32,000 bases of DNA from Okeania sp. (GCF_035285525.1 NZ_JAYKGW010000155.1:1-32000); one strand, 5' to 3'. Shown: positions 1-12,265, counted from the stretch's first letter. Numbers and translations: made by a program. The notes: a model not told the origin generated them from the letters alone.

Positions 1-352
1 GAGCTTAAGTCATTTTTAGATAACTAAATTATCTGTACTTCTTGTATCCTAAATAACTAAAGTCTTCTTCCTTCTTCTTCAAAAAATTCTTAACTGAACT
101 GTATTGCCCTAAAAGCAACAAAATTTTAGACAGAACTAAAATAGGATTTATAGAGAATCCTAAAATAAAATAGAAACATATAGCAATTAGAAATGATTTA
201 TGAGATATTTAATAACCATCAAGATAAATCAAAATCTTTTTATATTGTGACTCCTAACTCCTAATTACGAATAAAATATCACATCTGATTTCTGATTACT
301 ATAGATAAATATTTAACAATTAATTCCACCTACCTTCCAGAGGACTTTTTCT

Positions 353-1441
353 ATGGCTTTAAACTTTAGATTTGCTGTTGCAAGTGACTTACATATCGCT
401 CTTCCTCAAACTATTTCTGAATCAAAACATCGTTTTCATTTAGTAGAAATTAGTATCCCTGCTTTAGAATTTGTACTAGAACATTTAAGTAAATTAAATA
501 TTGATTTTCTGCTAATACCTGGAGATTTAACTCAAGACGGTGAACCAGATAATCATACTTGGTTAAGTAAAAAATTAGCTACACTTCCTTACCCTGTTTA
601 TGTAGTTCCTGGTAATCACGATGTACCTGTAAAATTTGCTAATGATTATTCTATTGATCTCGCAGATTTTCCTAGTTATTATCATCATTTTGGATATGAT
701 AATTTACAAAGATTATATTATACTAAACAAGTATTGCCTGGAGTCCGAATAATTGGGTTAAATTCTAATCAATTTGATGTTTCAGGAAAACAAGAATATA
801 CTGGTGGTTTAGATGCAGAACAATTAAATTGGTTACAACAAGTTTTAAACAGTGCTGAAGAAGAATTAATTATAGTAATGATTCATCATAATGTCATAGA
901 ACATTTGCCTGATCAATCTAATAATCCTCTTGGTCGTCGTTATATGTTGAAAAATAGGTCAGTATTATTAGATATCCTCAAATCTTATAGTGTGAAACTA
1001 ATATTTACTGGTCATCTTCATCTTCAAGATGTTGCTGAATATGAAGGAATTTATGAAATTACTACAGGTTCTTTAGTTAGTTATCCTCATCCTTATCGGA
1101 TAATTAATTTTACTACTGATGCCAATGGTAAAAAGTCTTTAAAAATTGAAAGTCATTGTGTTAATTCTTTGCCAGAATTTCCTAATTTAAGTGATTTTTC
1201 TCGGAACTGGATTGGCGATCACTCTTCCTTTTTTATGTCTAAACTTTTGACTAATCCTCCTTTAAGTTTATCCCCAGAATTTGCTAAAGAACTTGTTCCT
1301 AGTTTACGTTATTTTTGGGCTGATATTGCTGCTGGGGATGCTATGTTAGATTTTCCTAATTTTCCACCTAAAGTCCGACAATATTTTCAAAGTTTTAATG
1401 CCAAGAGTAATATTGATAATAATGGGACGTTAATGTTGTAA
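353..1441 (+). CDS. Calcineurin-like metallophosphoesterase
   Basis: ATG start. Carries the ordered metallophosphoesterase motifs D-x-H (ASDLHI), GD-x-x-D (PGDLTQDG), GNHD (VPGNHDV), HH (MIHHN) and GH-x-H (TGHLHL). Confidence 0.85.
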   Translation: MALNFRFAVASDLHIALPQTISESKHRFHLVEISIPALEFVLEHLSKLNIDFLLIPGDLTQDGEPDNHTWLSKKLATLPYPVYVVPGNHDVPVKFANDYSIDLADFPSYYHHFGYDNLQRLYYTKQVLPGVRIIGLNSNQFDVSGKQEYTGGLDAEQLNWLQQVLNSAEEELIIVMIHHNVIEHLPDQSNNPLGRRYMLKNRSVLLDILKSYSVKLIFTGHLHLQDVAEYEGIYEITTGSLVSYPHPYRIINFTTDANGKKSLKIESHCVNSLPEFPNLSDFSRNWIGDHSSFFMSKLLTNPPLSLSPEFAKELVPSLRYFWADIAAGDAMLDFPNFPPKVRQYFQSFNAKSNIDNNGTLML

Positions 1442-1735
1442 TAAAATGGATTATCTGTTTGTCTAAGGAAATTATTCAATTTATATTTTCAAGAATTCGC
1501 CTATTAGTTAAGGTTAAAACTATTACCTGTAAAATATGTAAGCATTTTCTACAGAATGCTTACTAAAATATAGCAATCCTAAAGTAGGTTGTAAAAATTC
1601 AAAAGCTATAAGTAGGGGTTGCTGAAAAAGTCTGTTGCTTAAGGTAGGGAATATACAGCAGTTACAAGTGTTAATTTTTTTACATTTTTCCAATTTCAAT
1701 TTTTTATGAGAAAAAATCTAGACTTTTAAAGATTA

Positions 1736-1850
1736 ATATCATGTCCGGATAATTAGTGATAAAAAAACTTTCTCCTGTTCCCCTCCTGGGAGGGGTTAGG
1801 GATTGGTTGGCTACCCGATTATTTATAACTATTCAACCGGACATGATATA
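1736..1850. mobile_element. MITE-like element with perfect 13-bp terminal inverted repeats (ATATCATGTCCGG / CCGGACATGATAT)
   Basis: The TIRs are read directly. The interior carries the CCCCTCCTGGGAGGGGTTAGGG hairpin module, which also occurs near 2693-2730 and 29400-29440. A solo right end (AACTATTCAACCGGACATGAT) recurs at 17518-17541. Confidence 0.7.
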
Positions 1851-2733
1851 ATTAGGCTTTGCTGATTAAATCTAAAAGCTTTGACATTCTAAAGTTTCAA
1901 AATTTAAGGAATAAAAAAAAGTACCTTCTTTTTGCTCCTTAAACCTGAAAAAGTTAGTATTTCGTTCAGCAATAAAGCCATGAACAATTAATAATCCATA
2001 ATTACCCCTTCTTCAAAGAAGAGGATTGACTAATCATGAAAATTTTTGATTTATCCCCTATTCAAGGGGAGGCTTCCAAAGGTGAATTGTTGAATTAATA
2101 ATTATTGACTATCAACTCTTAATTATTAATTATTAACTATTAATTATTAATTATTCGGTAAAAGTTTAGCTAAACTTGGCAAGGGATGATTTTTCCAAGT
2201 ACCTTTTTTATAATTCTCTGCTCCTTTTGACTCTTGCATCTTCTCTCTTCACTACTCCCTATCTTGATAAAAAGGCTTTTTCAGTCAACCCTATATTAGT
2301 AATTTTTGGGCACTTTTTCTTACCCCAACAACTTAATTATTTGTCAAGGCTTTGATAAATAATTCAGCAAACCCTAAATAAATCCTGAAACTTTTACCTA
2401 TTACCTATTCACAAAAAAAGACAAGATTTTTGACACCAATCAAATAGGATTGCTATATTTATTTTAGACTGTACTTTTACTTGTGAAAAGTAGTCAATTC
2501 AAAAGTACACAATTACCGCTTTTTACTTTGACAGTACCTTCCACTACCCGTGAGGTAAACCCAAAAGCTAGCAATATGACTGCACTACCAGATTTTCACT
2601 ATTTGCTTTGTACATCATTTGCCAGAAATATGCTCTAACTTCCTTGAAACAGTATAACTAACTTTGCATCTTCTAACTTCTAACTTCTGACTTCCCCTCC
2701 AGGGAGGGGTTAGGAGTGGGTTGACTTCTGACT

Positions 2734-3978
2734 TCAAGAAGGTTCGCGACAAATACCAAATACAGAAGTATAACCATGTAAAAATGTACTACCACCTACA
2801 GGGCCAATTTCACCATTACAGAAAAACCCACTTATCGGAACATTCAAATAACTACTAAATAACCTAGAATCAAAATTAGGCTTACCATATAATCCCTCAC
2901 CGCGTCCCATACAAGAAAACATCAAACCAGCAGCATTATTTGTAGAAATAGTCTCCAAACCAACTTCCCTTTGATAACGTTGTAATAACATTTCTAAATC
3001 TTCTGCTGAAGTATTAGCATCCCTTAAATGAAATTGAATTCTTTGACCAGTTCTAACTCTATCACCTATAGCGATCGCTCCTGCTTTTGGATCCACCCCA
3101 ATTAAATTACGAATTAAAAAATCTCCCTGTTCTAAATTTTGTTTAAATTCGTCTCTTACTATACCGATAAATAGAGAATTTTCTGCTAACTTACGGTCTT
3201 TTTCATTGAGATTTTGTACTAAATTTTGTAATGCTTCTAATGGAGACTGTTTTATACCATCACTAACTACTTGATCTACACTAACCAACTCTTCAAGTTC
3301 CAGAACAATATTACGTTCTACTTCAGTCACCCGATAAGGTTTACCAATAGGACGACAACCTTGAGCTACTATTGTTTCTAAAATTATCTTACCCGAAAGA
3401 GATACACCTACAGTTCCTTCTTGGTAGAAGCGACCTTCACAGAATAGCCCTGTACCTTGACCATTTAATCCGCTACTAGCTAATCCTCCTACCTTGGGAG
3501 AATTTGGGTAAGCATAATCTAATCCTTGAAGTAAATCGTTAATTTTAGTAAAAAATGGATCGGCAAGAATAATAAATTGAGGTTGGTCTGCGGTAGGTAC
3601 TCCAATAAGATTACACCATAGGTCAGGAGAACTATCTAAATCTGGTAAGTGTCCTGCTGATATATGAAAAGCTTTTATTGCTACTTCTGGTAAATGTGCC
3701 AAACTAAGGCTAATGGCAATTTGTTGTTCTACTTCTTCTGGTTTATCATTTTCATCCATACCAACAATACCACCGCCACCACAGCCTATCATAATAGTTT
3801 CTGGTAGATACTCTTTTAATAGTGGCATTAGTCGTGGATATTCACTGGTAAAAGCTGACGAGATAAATACCAGTCCCAAATCTGCTGTAGCTCCTAATAA
3901 TTCTAAACTTTTTTCTGCTACTTCTTTAACTGCTGCTTCTAATGAAGGACGAGTTGATAGAAAATTTGACCACCGCAT
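2734..3978 (-). CDS. FIST-domain sensory protein (FIST_N + FIST_C), with no attached output domain
   Basis: ATG start. The N-terminal half (DLGLVFISSAF...IGCGGGGIVG) and C-terminal half (GLMFSCMGRGEGLYG...ISGFFCNGEIGPV) match the characteristic FIST N and C signatures. Confidence 0.8.
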   Translation of the reverse strand: MRWSNFLSTRPSLEAAVKEVAEKSLELLGATADLGLVFISSAFTSEYPRLMPLLKEYLPETIMIGCGGGGIVGMDENDKPEEVEQQIAISLSLAHLPEVAIKAFHISAGHLPDLDSSPDLWCNLIGVPTADQPQFIILADPFFTKINDLLQGLDYAYPNSPKVGGLASSGLNGQGTGLFCEGRFYQEGTVGVSLSGKIILETIVAQGCRPIGKPYRVTEVERNIVLELEELVSVDQVVSDGIKQSPLEALQNLVQNLNEKDRKLAENSLFIGIVRDEFKQNLEQGDFLIRNLIGVDPKAGAIAIGDRVRTGQRIQFHLRDANTSAEDLEMLLQRYQREVGLETISTNNAAGLMFSCMGRGEGLYGKPNFDSRLFSSYLNVPISGFFCNGEIGPVGGSTFLHGYTSVFGICREPS

Positions 3979-4452
3979 CTGTTTGACGCTCCTTATAATT
4001 ATGTATGATTATATTCTCTAATCTTAATATCTAGACAGTAGAAAGTTCTAGGAATAATTATTACTAGCTAAGGCTTTCAGCTATCTAAAGGTGAGAAACT
4101 TTATATTGGGAACTTTCAGTATATTCTCCTATTCTAAATTTGTACTCTCCAGTTAATATTTCAATTGTGAATATAAAATCACGAATAGGGCAAAAACCGA
4201 ACCTGGAAATAAGGTAGAATATTAGAGAATGGAATTAATTTTCTTAGTCCTTATGAGTTGGTCAGTAAATCTTAAAAGATCAAGATCATTTGGTTAGGAA
4301 ACCCGAAAAACCTATATATAAAGATAAAGAGGGATAATCTTAGCTAATTTATTGGACTATCCTTTAATTCCTAGCCCCTTTTATCGTGTTCTAGTTTAGT
4401 TAAAAATATAGAACTTAAAATTTGTAGGTAGTAAATCAAAATAAAAAAAACT

Positions 4453-4680
4453 ATGACTAATCAAAACATTCAAGAAAAAATCGAGCAAGAGCGCGAGAAT
4501 GCTCGTGAAGCTTGTGATATTTCTGGTGCTAACTCTAAAGAATGTGCAGCAGCTTGGGATGCAGTCGAAGAACTTCAAGCGGAAGCTTCTCATCAAAGTA
4601 AGACAAAACCAAAAAATTCCTTTGAAACTTATTGCGATGATAATCCTGATGCTCTTGAGTGTCGAGTACATGATAACTAG
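4453..4680 (+). CDS. cp12: CP12, Calvin-cycle GAPDH/PRK regulatory protein
   Basis: 75 aa. Contains the AWDAVEEL core motif, an N-terminal Cys pair (CDISGANSKEC) and a C-terminal Cys pair (CDDNPDALEC) ending in RVHDN. This is the canonical CP12 architecture. Confidence 0.95.
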   Translation: MTNQNIQEKIEQERENAREACDISGANSKECAAAWDAVEELQAEASHQSKTKPKNSFETYCDDNPDALECRVHDN

Positions 4681-4709
4681 GATTAACTGATTTAACTACT
4701 AATAATTGA

Positions 4710-4740
4710 ATAAACTACATCAAAATGCAGTTTATTTAAT
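4710..4740 (+). terminator. Possible intrinsic terminator downstream of cp12
   Basis: AT-rich hairpin ATAAACTACAT-CAAA-ATGCAGTTTAT with 10 of 11 bp paired, followed by TTAAT. It lies about 30 nt after the cp12 stop. The stem is weak. Confidence 0.3.
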
Positions 4741-4747
4741 ATGATCA

Positions 4748-4835
4748 GGATTTACGCAAAGTCACTATATATAGAGTCTGGGTGCGTTAGCGGTAGCGTA
4801 ACGCACCCTACCAATAGCGTTCATGTGTAAGTCCT
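4748..4835. mobile_element. AGGACTTACGCA-family palindromic mini-element
   Basis: Ends are AGGATTTACGCA ... TGTGTAAGTCCT. The interior holds the nested palindrome GGGTGCGTTA..GTAACGCACCCTAC. It is a close relative of the copy at 11343-11431. Confidence 0.75.
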
Positions 4836-5115
4836 AATTATGTTCAGCAAATAAGCAACTGAAGTCCTTGAGTTTGTGGCTCAGTTGCTTAATATTGAAC
4901 TAATATCAGAAAATCAATTAATACAGTTTAGATAATTAAACTAGATTTCCATATAGACAAGCAATATGCTTGTGTTGCTGAACAGTATGGCACTGTAAAA
5001 TAAATAAATTTTTATTGTTGAATTATTCATGTTTATAGCAGTTTCTAGCAATAGAGAAAACTATCTTCAAAAACAAAACCATTTTTAGGAATTTTCTTAG
5101 TTAAAGAGTAATTAA

Positions 5116-5362
5116 CTAGGGTTTGCTGATTAAACCTAAAATAATTTACAGATAAAAAAGTCACCCTTTTCAGACTCTAAAAAGAGTAAGTTTTTACGTC
5201 TGAAAAATTAAAAAAAGTTAGAATTTTGGGGTAACGCGAGGCAGACAAACAAAGGAACCTTTCTTAAAAAATACCTTCTCTATAACTCCTAGTTCGTCCT
5301 GATTTTTAACTACTCCCTAATCCCTACCTCCATAAAAAGACTTTCCATACCCAAACCCTAAA
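5116..5362. mobile_element. MITE of the TAGGGTTTGCTGA...CAAACCCTAA family
   Basis: Left end is CTAGGGTTTGCTGATTAAACCTAAAA and right end is CCCAAACCCTAAATAAA. Same end family as 10923-11192, 17618-17860, 20732-20982 and 21494-21760. Confidence 0.55.
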
Positions 5363-5630
5363 TAAAAACTATGTAAGCATTTCCTACAGAATGCTTCGCC
5401 AACAGTCCTCAGCTAAAAGCCAACAGCTATCAGCTATAATTTATTAACTGATTATATGATAATCTTGGAATCAGAGATTAGCTTTCCAGGAAAATTAAAA
5501 GTTATTAGTAAAGTATACTCCTGTAACCTGAAAAATAATTATTCATTATTTGCTGATTGCTGAGGTGCTAATATTTCAATGCTTACAAAACTACTATCTA
5601 TAGAAAATATCGATAAATTACTAAGTTATT

Positions 5631-6251
5631 ATGTTGAATTATTTACCCTTAGCTATTACATCTGAATTAGATATTTGGGTTTGGCTAGACTATAGATTAG
5701 CAGTATTATTTACTGTGATAATACCTCTATTTTTATTAGTTTGGGCTTTTGTCAAAAGAGCTGAATCTATTCAACACTTGTTGATTATTTATTGGCGAGT
5801 TGCTAGTTTATTGGCAATCACAGTTTACTTAATGATTGCTGCAATACCTATCAGTTTTTTCACATCATTAATAGCTAGATTATTAATTCCTATATCTTTA
5901 TGGTTTTGGGTAGATTTGAATGAAGAAATTAGAGAAGCTCGAAATTCTCCTCTCAAAACAAGTTTTACTTCTTGGCGCGTTGCCTGTACTATTTATAATA
6001 TCATCGGCGTAATACTGCAAATTCCTTTTGGACTTTGTGGTTTTAAATCCCGAAGTGAATTACTAAGCGATCCTTTGTGTAATGTTTGGTTAAATCCACC
6101 TTGGGCATTTAAAGAAATTTTTCATCCAGATTGGCCTCAAGAATTTATAGGTTTTTTGGGATTTTCTGGATTAATAATTTATACAATTTTTCTTTGCTAT
6201 TTCGCTTTAGTAAAGCTACAAAGACAAGGACGATCTGCTACGGGAAATTAA
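5631..6251 (+). CDS. Conserved-looking multi-pass membrane protein of unknown function
   Basis: ATG start, 206 aa, with about 5-6 hydrophobic segments (for example LAVLFTVIIPLFLLVWAF and VASLLAITVYLMIAAIPISFF). No recognisable catalytic motif. Confidence 0.6.
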   Translation: MLNYLPLAITSELDIWVWLDYRLAVLFTVIIPLFLLVWAFVKRAESIQHLLIIYWRVASLLAITVYLMIAAIPISFFTSLIARLLIPISLWFWVDLNEEIREARNSPLKTSFTSWRVACTIYNIIGVILQIPFGLCGFKSRSELLSDPLCNVWLNPPWAFKEIFHPDWPQEFIGFLGFSGLIIYTIFLCYFALVKLQRQGRSATGN

Positions 6252-6453
6252 TAATATTAAGTATCTAAATTAAATTCTTTTGAGAGGCTTAATTATTTAT
6301 TATTCTTTTTCATCCAAACGACTACTAAAATGACGTACTTCTTCTAAGAGAATATTAAATAGTTGATCGTTTTCCTCTTGACTTTGTGTTATTTCCAGAT
6401 ATCTCTGAGTTTGTGCTGCTACTTGAAGTAAAGCTTGAGTTGAAAAATAAAAA

Positions 6454-6753
6454 ATGAACAAGAATATTGCTCATCGTTTAGAACAGTACACAATTAAACG
6501 ACCAAATCAAGTATTAATAGTTAAGACAGTAATTAATGAACAGCCAGATGAAATAGCTATCTTTAAAGGTTTCTCTAGTTCTCTAATGCAGTCTACTAAT
6601 TTTAACCCAGATATACCAGTATTACCAGAAACAACTAAAATTATCAGTATTGATATACTTGCTAGTCCCTACAATCCAGAATCACCTATCTATATTCAAC
6701 AGGGACTGACTTGGGAACAAATGCAGTCCCTGTTAATAGAAGTAAGACTTTAG
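6454..6753 (+). CDS. Hypothetical protein (99 aa)
   Basis: ATG-initiated ORF with protein-like composition. No SD sequence and no motif recognised. Its stop codon overlaps the atpC stop convergently. Confidence 0.45.
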   Translation: MNKNIAHRLEQYTIKRPNQVLIVKTVINEQPDEIAIFKGFSSSLMQSTNFNPDIPVLPETTKIISIDILASPYNPESPIYIQQGLTWEQMQSLLIEVRL

Positions 6754-7163
6754 TTAACCATTCCACCTGCTGCTTGCAAACGCGCTCTGGCTCGCTTTAA
6801 GGTTTTTTTAGCTTGAATCTTTTCTTCAAGATTATCACCACTTTCAGCACTTTGCAGACGTTTTTCAGCTTCATCAAAAGCTAGACGAGCTGCTTCCTTA
6901 TCAATGTCTTCTCCTTTTTCCGCGCCATTAACAAGTATAGTTACTTCATTTTCTTCCACTTCCGCAAAACCACCCATAAGGGCGATCGGTGTCCAGTCCT
7001 TTTCCGCACGAACTCGCATTACACCTGCATCAAGAGCAGTCAACAGAGGAGCGTGTCCACTTAAAATGCCTAATTGGCCTGTCGTACTAGGTAAAATTAC
7101 TTCTTGAGCTTCTGAGTCCCAAACTGTTTTGTCGGGAGCTATTACACGCACAGTTAATGTCAT
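6750..7163 (-). CDS. atpC: F0F1 ATP synthase epsilon subunit
   Basis: 137 aa. The N-terminal sequence [44 protein letters not shown] is typical of the epsilon subunit. It sits downstream of the beta subunit, as in the cyanobacterial atpB-atpE (beta-epsilon) operon. Confidence 0.95.
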   Translation of the reverse strand: MTLTVRVIAPDKTVWDSEAQEVILPSTTGQLGILSGHAPLLTALDAGVMRVRAEKDWTPIALMGGFAEVEENEVTILVNGAEKGEDIDKEAARLAFDEAEKRLQSAESGDNLEEKIQAKKTLKRARARLQAAGGMVN

Positions 7164-7194
7164 TTGTCAATAATTTGTTATTGTTTTTTATATT

Positions 7195-7232
7195 TCAGTT
7201 ATTTGAGTTATCAGTTATTAGTTATCAGCTAG
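7195..7232. repeat. STRR-like degenerate heptamer tandem repeat (TATCAGT-type)
   Basis: TCAGTTATTTGAGTTATCAGTTATTAGTTATCAGCTAG lies in the beta-epsilon intergenic spacer. Heptamer tandem repeats are typical of heterocystous cyanobacteria. Confidence 0.6.
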
Positions 7233-7457
7233 AGCACTTTCCATCGCTATTAAGTACATATCTAAGGATAAATATGACCATATTACAAGTACTTTAAGAT
7301 TTATGCTTGTACATCAATCGATCTAAAATATACTCTATAAGGAATAACTTCTGACTTCTGACTGCCGATCCATACCTCTGGATAAAACCAGAGGTTTGAG
7401 ACCTGATCTTTTCGTCAAGATTTATCTGATAACTGATGGGTAAGAGAGAAGGTCTAA

Positions 7458-9002
<1,545 letters not shown>

Positions 9003-9168
9003 TCAATTATCAATTAGCTATCAGCTTTTAGCATTCAGCTAGTCTCTTGCAGAGGAACTGCGTTAACAGCTTTTTGCAGCTCTGGGAGCAAATGCCCCAG
9101 CTATTTATTGTGCAGGATTGTTGAGTTGGAGTGAAAATCTCCAACTCATAGTGTCAAAAAATAATCTT

Positions 9169-9198
9169 GCTGACTGCTGAGTGCTGGCCGCTGACCGC
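9169..9198. repeat. STRR-like heptamer tandem repeat (GCTGAST x4)
   Basis: GCTGACT GCTGAGT GCTGGCC GCTGACC, read directly. Confidence 0.6.
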
Positions 9199-9204
9199 TT
9201 TTTT

Positions 9205-9233
9205 TTAAGAAAAACCCTAACAGGGCTAGGGTT
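9205..9233 (-). terminator. Possible intrinsic terminator for the minCDE transcript
   Basis: On the minus strand the hairpin AACCCTA-GCCCTGT-TAGGGTT is followed by TTTTCTTAAAAAAAA. It lies about 350 nt downstream of the minE stop and upstream of the atpD promoter region. Confidence 0.35.
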
Positions 9234-9588
9234 GAAACCCAATTTTTCGGTCATATTTTAGAGTATCATTGAAGGGTTCATCCGAGATGATATTAATTTT
9301 TTTGCTCAGAAATTTTTTCTAATCATACTAGAGGAATTTTTAATATCACTTTATGTTTATATTGTCAAATATATAAAACAGATATAATAACTCAATAGTG
9401 TAAAGTTATAGGAATAACTACTTGTAGCTAAGGCTTTCAGCTATCTAAAAGTATTCAGGATTGTAGGTAATGTAAGCCTTTTCCAGTAATACTTTCAGCC
9501 TGAAAAGCAAATGATTTTTTAGGATAACTTTGTACTCTCAAGATCATAACAATATTAAAATTATTACTTGTATTTGTTATACTATTAC

Positions 9589-9879
9589 TCAACTATTATT
9601 ATTCTCAGTATTTGGGTTAGCTTTAACACGTCTAATTGGTAAATTGGCCACCAAAGCTGTAGCTCTTTGATTATTTTCCAACAAAAATTCTGAGTCCCTA
9701 TCATCTATTTCGACATAACGGGACACTACTTCCATAATTTCTTTTCTCATGGCTTCAATGGTTTCTGGATTAAGGTCAGCACGGTCATGGGCAATAACCA
9801 ATTTCAGGCGACGCTTAACTTCTTCACGACTCTTAGAAGCATTTCTAGAAAAAAGTTTTTCTATAATTTCATTTAACAT
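9589..9879 (-). CDS. minE: Cell division topological specificity factor MinE
   Basis: [58 protein letters not shown] is classic cyanobacterial MinE. I chose the ATG at 9879. The track ORF extends to a TTG at 9945, which adds a non-MinE-like 22-aa extension overlapping minD. Confidence 0.85.
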   Translation of the reverse strand: MLNEIIEKLFSRNASKSREEVKRRLKLVIAHDRADLNPETIEAMRKEIMEVVSRYVEIDDRDSEFLLENNQRATALVANLPIRRVKANPNTENNNS

Positions 9880-9941
9880 TAGCTTATCTTGAACTAACAT
9901 AATTAGTTTACGAGGTAGGTTGAGGTAAGTTTTTTTTAGGA

Positions 9942-10748
9942 TCAAACAACTTTAGATGACAATAATTTACGCAACCAAGTAAAAAAATTTTCTTGAGGAG
10001 GGTTTAAGTCAAGAAACTCTACTCTTTCTCCATCTAAACGACGAGCAATATTATTAAATTCCAAACCTGCTTGAGAAGGATTTTCTGCTAAGACTAAAGG
10101 TTCGCCTCGGTTAGTAGAGACAATTACTTTTTCATCATCTGGAATAATTCCCATTAGTGGAATAGCCAATATTTCTTTAACGTCTTGTACAGACATCATT
10201 TCATCAGCTAGCACCATATTTGGTCTAATGCGATTAACGATAAGATTGATTTTCCGGACATTATGTGCTTCTAGGAGTCCAATTACTCTGTCTGCATCAC
10301 GGACTGCAGATATTTCTGGAGTAGTAATAATTATAGCTTCTTGGGCTGGTGCAATTGCATTCTGGAACCCTTGTTCAATACCAGCAGGACAGTCAATCAA
10401 AATATATTCATATTTTGGCACTAACATATTGACTAATTCCTGCATTTGTTGAGGAGTAACTGCTTCTTTCATGCGGTTTTGAGCCGCCGGTAAAAGGGAT
10501 AAACGGGGTTGTCGTTTATCCCTAACTATTGCTTGTTCCAGACGACATTCTCCTGCTAAGACCTCCATTGCTGTATAAACAATTCTATTTTCCAAACCCA
10601 AAAGTAAGTCCAAATTTCTCAAACCGAAATCTGCATCAATTAGTGCAACTCGGCGACCTTGTTGAGCTAAAGCCATACCTAGGTTGGCTGTGCAGGTAGT
10701 TTTTCCTACTCCACCTTTACCAGAAGTAATCACAATAATTTTGCTCAT
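9942..10748 (-). CDS. minD: Septum site-determining ATPase MinD
   Basis: Deviant Walker A ([10 protein letters not shown]), a ParA/MinD fold signature and a C-terminal amphipathic helix (FFTWLRKLL). Confidence 0.97.
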   Translation of the reverse strand: MSKIIVITSGKGGVGKTTCTANLGMALAQQGRRVALIDADFGLRNLDLLLGLENRIVYTAMEVLAGECRLEQAIVRDKRQPRLSLLPAAQNRMKEAVTPQQMQELVNMLVPKYEYILIDCPAGIEQGFQNAIAPAQEAIIITTPEISAVRDADRVIGLLEAHNVRKINLIVNRIRPNMVLADEMMSVQDVKEILAIPLMGIIPDDEKVIVSTNRGEPLVLAENPSQAGLEFNNIARRLDGERVEFLDLNPPQENFFTWLRKLLSSKVV

Positions 10749-10922
10749 AAGCTATTAGATATTAAGTATAAGTAATATATATATAGTCAATTTTTGTTAT
10801 AGTACAAAGGAGGCTTTTATAAATAAAATTTTATTTTTGCCAAATTTTAAGTCAGTCAGCCAAGATCTTCAAGCTTGTATATTCTAAACTTTATATGAGT
10901 ATTTTTCCCTAAAAATTTTTAA

Positions 10923-11192
10923 CTAGGGCTTGCTGAAAAAGTCTTTTTGTCAGAGGAGAATCCAGGAGAAATGAGAAATGAGAAACATAAAAGAGTAGGG
11001 ACCTTGGATGCAAGTTGCGTACAAAAGAATCAACATTATGATTTTCTGCCCCTCGAAATTCCCAAAATCCTAGAATGCATAATTTTTCGGGAACCGTACT
11101 GGAATCACCTAAAAGCTGGTACTTTATTAGTCTCTGTAAAAGCTGAAATCTTTACCAGTAAACACTTTTATATTTACATACGCAAACCCTAA
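10923..11192. mobile_element. MITE of the TAGGGYTTGCTGA...GCAAACCCTAA family, inserted between minD and minC
   Basis: Ends are CTAGGGCTTGCTGAAAAAGTC ... CGCAAACCCTAA. It shares the internal blocks CCTAAAAGCTGGTACTTT and TTTTTCGGGAACCGT with other copies. The track ORF 10947..11192 (TTG start) lies entirely inside it and is judged spurious. Confidence 0.7.
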
Positions 11193-11342
11193 CTATTTAT
11201 CAAAATAATTAATTGGGTCTAAAACCCCGCTTTGATCGGCGAAATGTTTTTGGAGCTTTACTCAAATCCCCGTTACAAAAACAACTTCTGATTTCTGATT
11301 TCGTGAACTTGAGGCCATTAATTGTGACTGATTAAAAATACT

Positions 11343-11431
11343 AGGACTTACGCAAAGACACTATATATAGAGTATTGGTGCGGGACGAGGTATGTAACGC
11401 ACCCTACCAGTAGCGTTAATGCGTAAGTCCT
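11343..11431. mobile_element. AGGACTTACGCA-family palindromic mini-element
   Basis: AGGACTTACGCAAAGACACTATATATAGAG...GTAACGCACCCTACCAGTAGCGTTAATGCGTAAGTCCT. Near-copy of 4748-4835. Confidence 0.8.
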
Positions 11432-11482
11432 AAATACAATTTTTGTAGACTATTAATTATACATCATAAATAATATTTATCC

Positions 11483-12265
11483 CTACATCCTAGCAAAATC
11501 TCTAGCTCTACTAATACGAATACTTTGATCTACCACATAAGCCACTTCTGGATAAAATTGGACTGGTGGTTTTTCTGGCCCTCTAGCGACTTGCTCGGCA
11601 ATCCTAATTAGAGCTGGTTCCATCTGCAAAGTCATAATTACGCTCTTAGAATTTCCTCTAGCACCTGCATGGACTACTCCCCGTAAACGACCCCACACCA
11701 GAATATCTCCATCTGCAATTACAGAGCCACCAGGATTTAGGTCTCCTACAACTATTACAGTACCTGGATGCCGAATTTCTACTCCAGAACGTACAGTCAT
11801 TTCTAGATAAAGTGGTTCAGCTAAAGGTTGAACTTTTTCTGGGGAATTTTGGTTGAGACTGGTGGAAATAGATTTTTGTTCCACAGAATAACCTACTGTA
11901 GCTGCTGCTACAGCAGTTTGACGACGTGAGGTGTGAACTTTCTCTAGTTGTAGTTTTTCTTCTTGAAGAGCTTCGGCTATTTCTTGCAGTTGGCGAGTAT
12001 CTAATAGACGGTCAAATGCAATTAGCTCTACTTCTGTTTTTGGTTGCCAAAATTTCTCTCCTGCGATGAGGCGTTGTTTTAACTGTTGCCAAATTTCTGT
12101 CCAAGTCATGGGTGTTGGATTTTCTATCTCTCCATTATTAGATTCGGGAGGCAATAATAATAACAATTTTCCCTCCTCTGTTTTGAACCGTACTTGTAAA
12201 TTGGTATCTATTTGTTTTTCTGGTTCTGAGGTAGAAGTGGTTGAGGTGGAAGCATCAGAAGACAT
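11483..12265 (-). CDS. minC: Septum site-determining protein MinC
   Basis: The C-terminal beta-helix region (VRSGVEIRHPGTVIVVGDLNPGGSVIADGDILVWGRLRGVVHAG) is typical of MinC. It lies upstream of minD and minE on the same strand. Confidence 0.9.
   Translation of the reverse strand: MSSDASTSTTSTSEPEKQIDTNLQVRFKTEEGKLLLLLPPESNNGEIENPTPMTWTEIWQQLKQRLIAGEKFWQPKTEVELIAFDRLLDTRQLQEIAEALQEEKLQLEKVHTSRRQTAVAAATVGYSVEQKSISTSLNQNSPEKVQPLAEPLYLEMTVRSGVEIRHPGTVIVVGDLNPGGSVIADGDILVWGRLRGVVHAGARGNSKSVIMTLQMEPALIRIAEQVARGPEKPPVQFYPEVAYVVDQSIRISRARDFARM

Noticed and set aside
2098-2156. A TTAATTA/TTAACTA-rich tandem tract.
   Set aside because: It is simple AT-rich low-complexity sequence with no regular unit beyond about 8-9 nt and no associated feature.
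3713-4021. This and the other antisense or overlapping ORFs inside confident genes: 4396-4671, 4499-4690, 6904-7107, 8566-8790, 10228-10452, 12066-12320, 14664-14951, 19006-19305, 19809-20063, 26618-26809, 29685-29981 and 30054-30440.
   Set aside because: Each is embedded in, or antisense to, a gene with strong family-level motifs. These are shadow ORFs with atypical composition.
9880-9945. A 22-codon N-terminal extension of minE in the ORF track ([22 protein letters not shown]).
   Set aside because: It starts at a TTG overlapping the minD stop and is not MinE-like. MinE homologues begin at the MLNE..EKLF motif, encoded from the ATG at 9879.
10947-11192. An 81-aa ORF between minD and minC.
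   Set aside because: It has a TTG start and lies entirely inside a TIR-bounded MITE whose relatives elsewhere in the window do not keep the frame.
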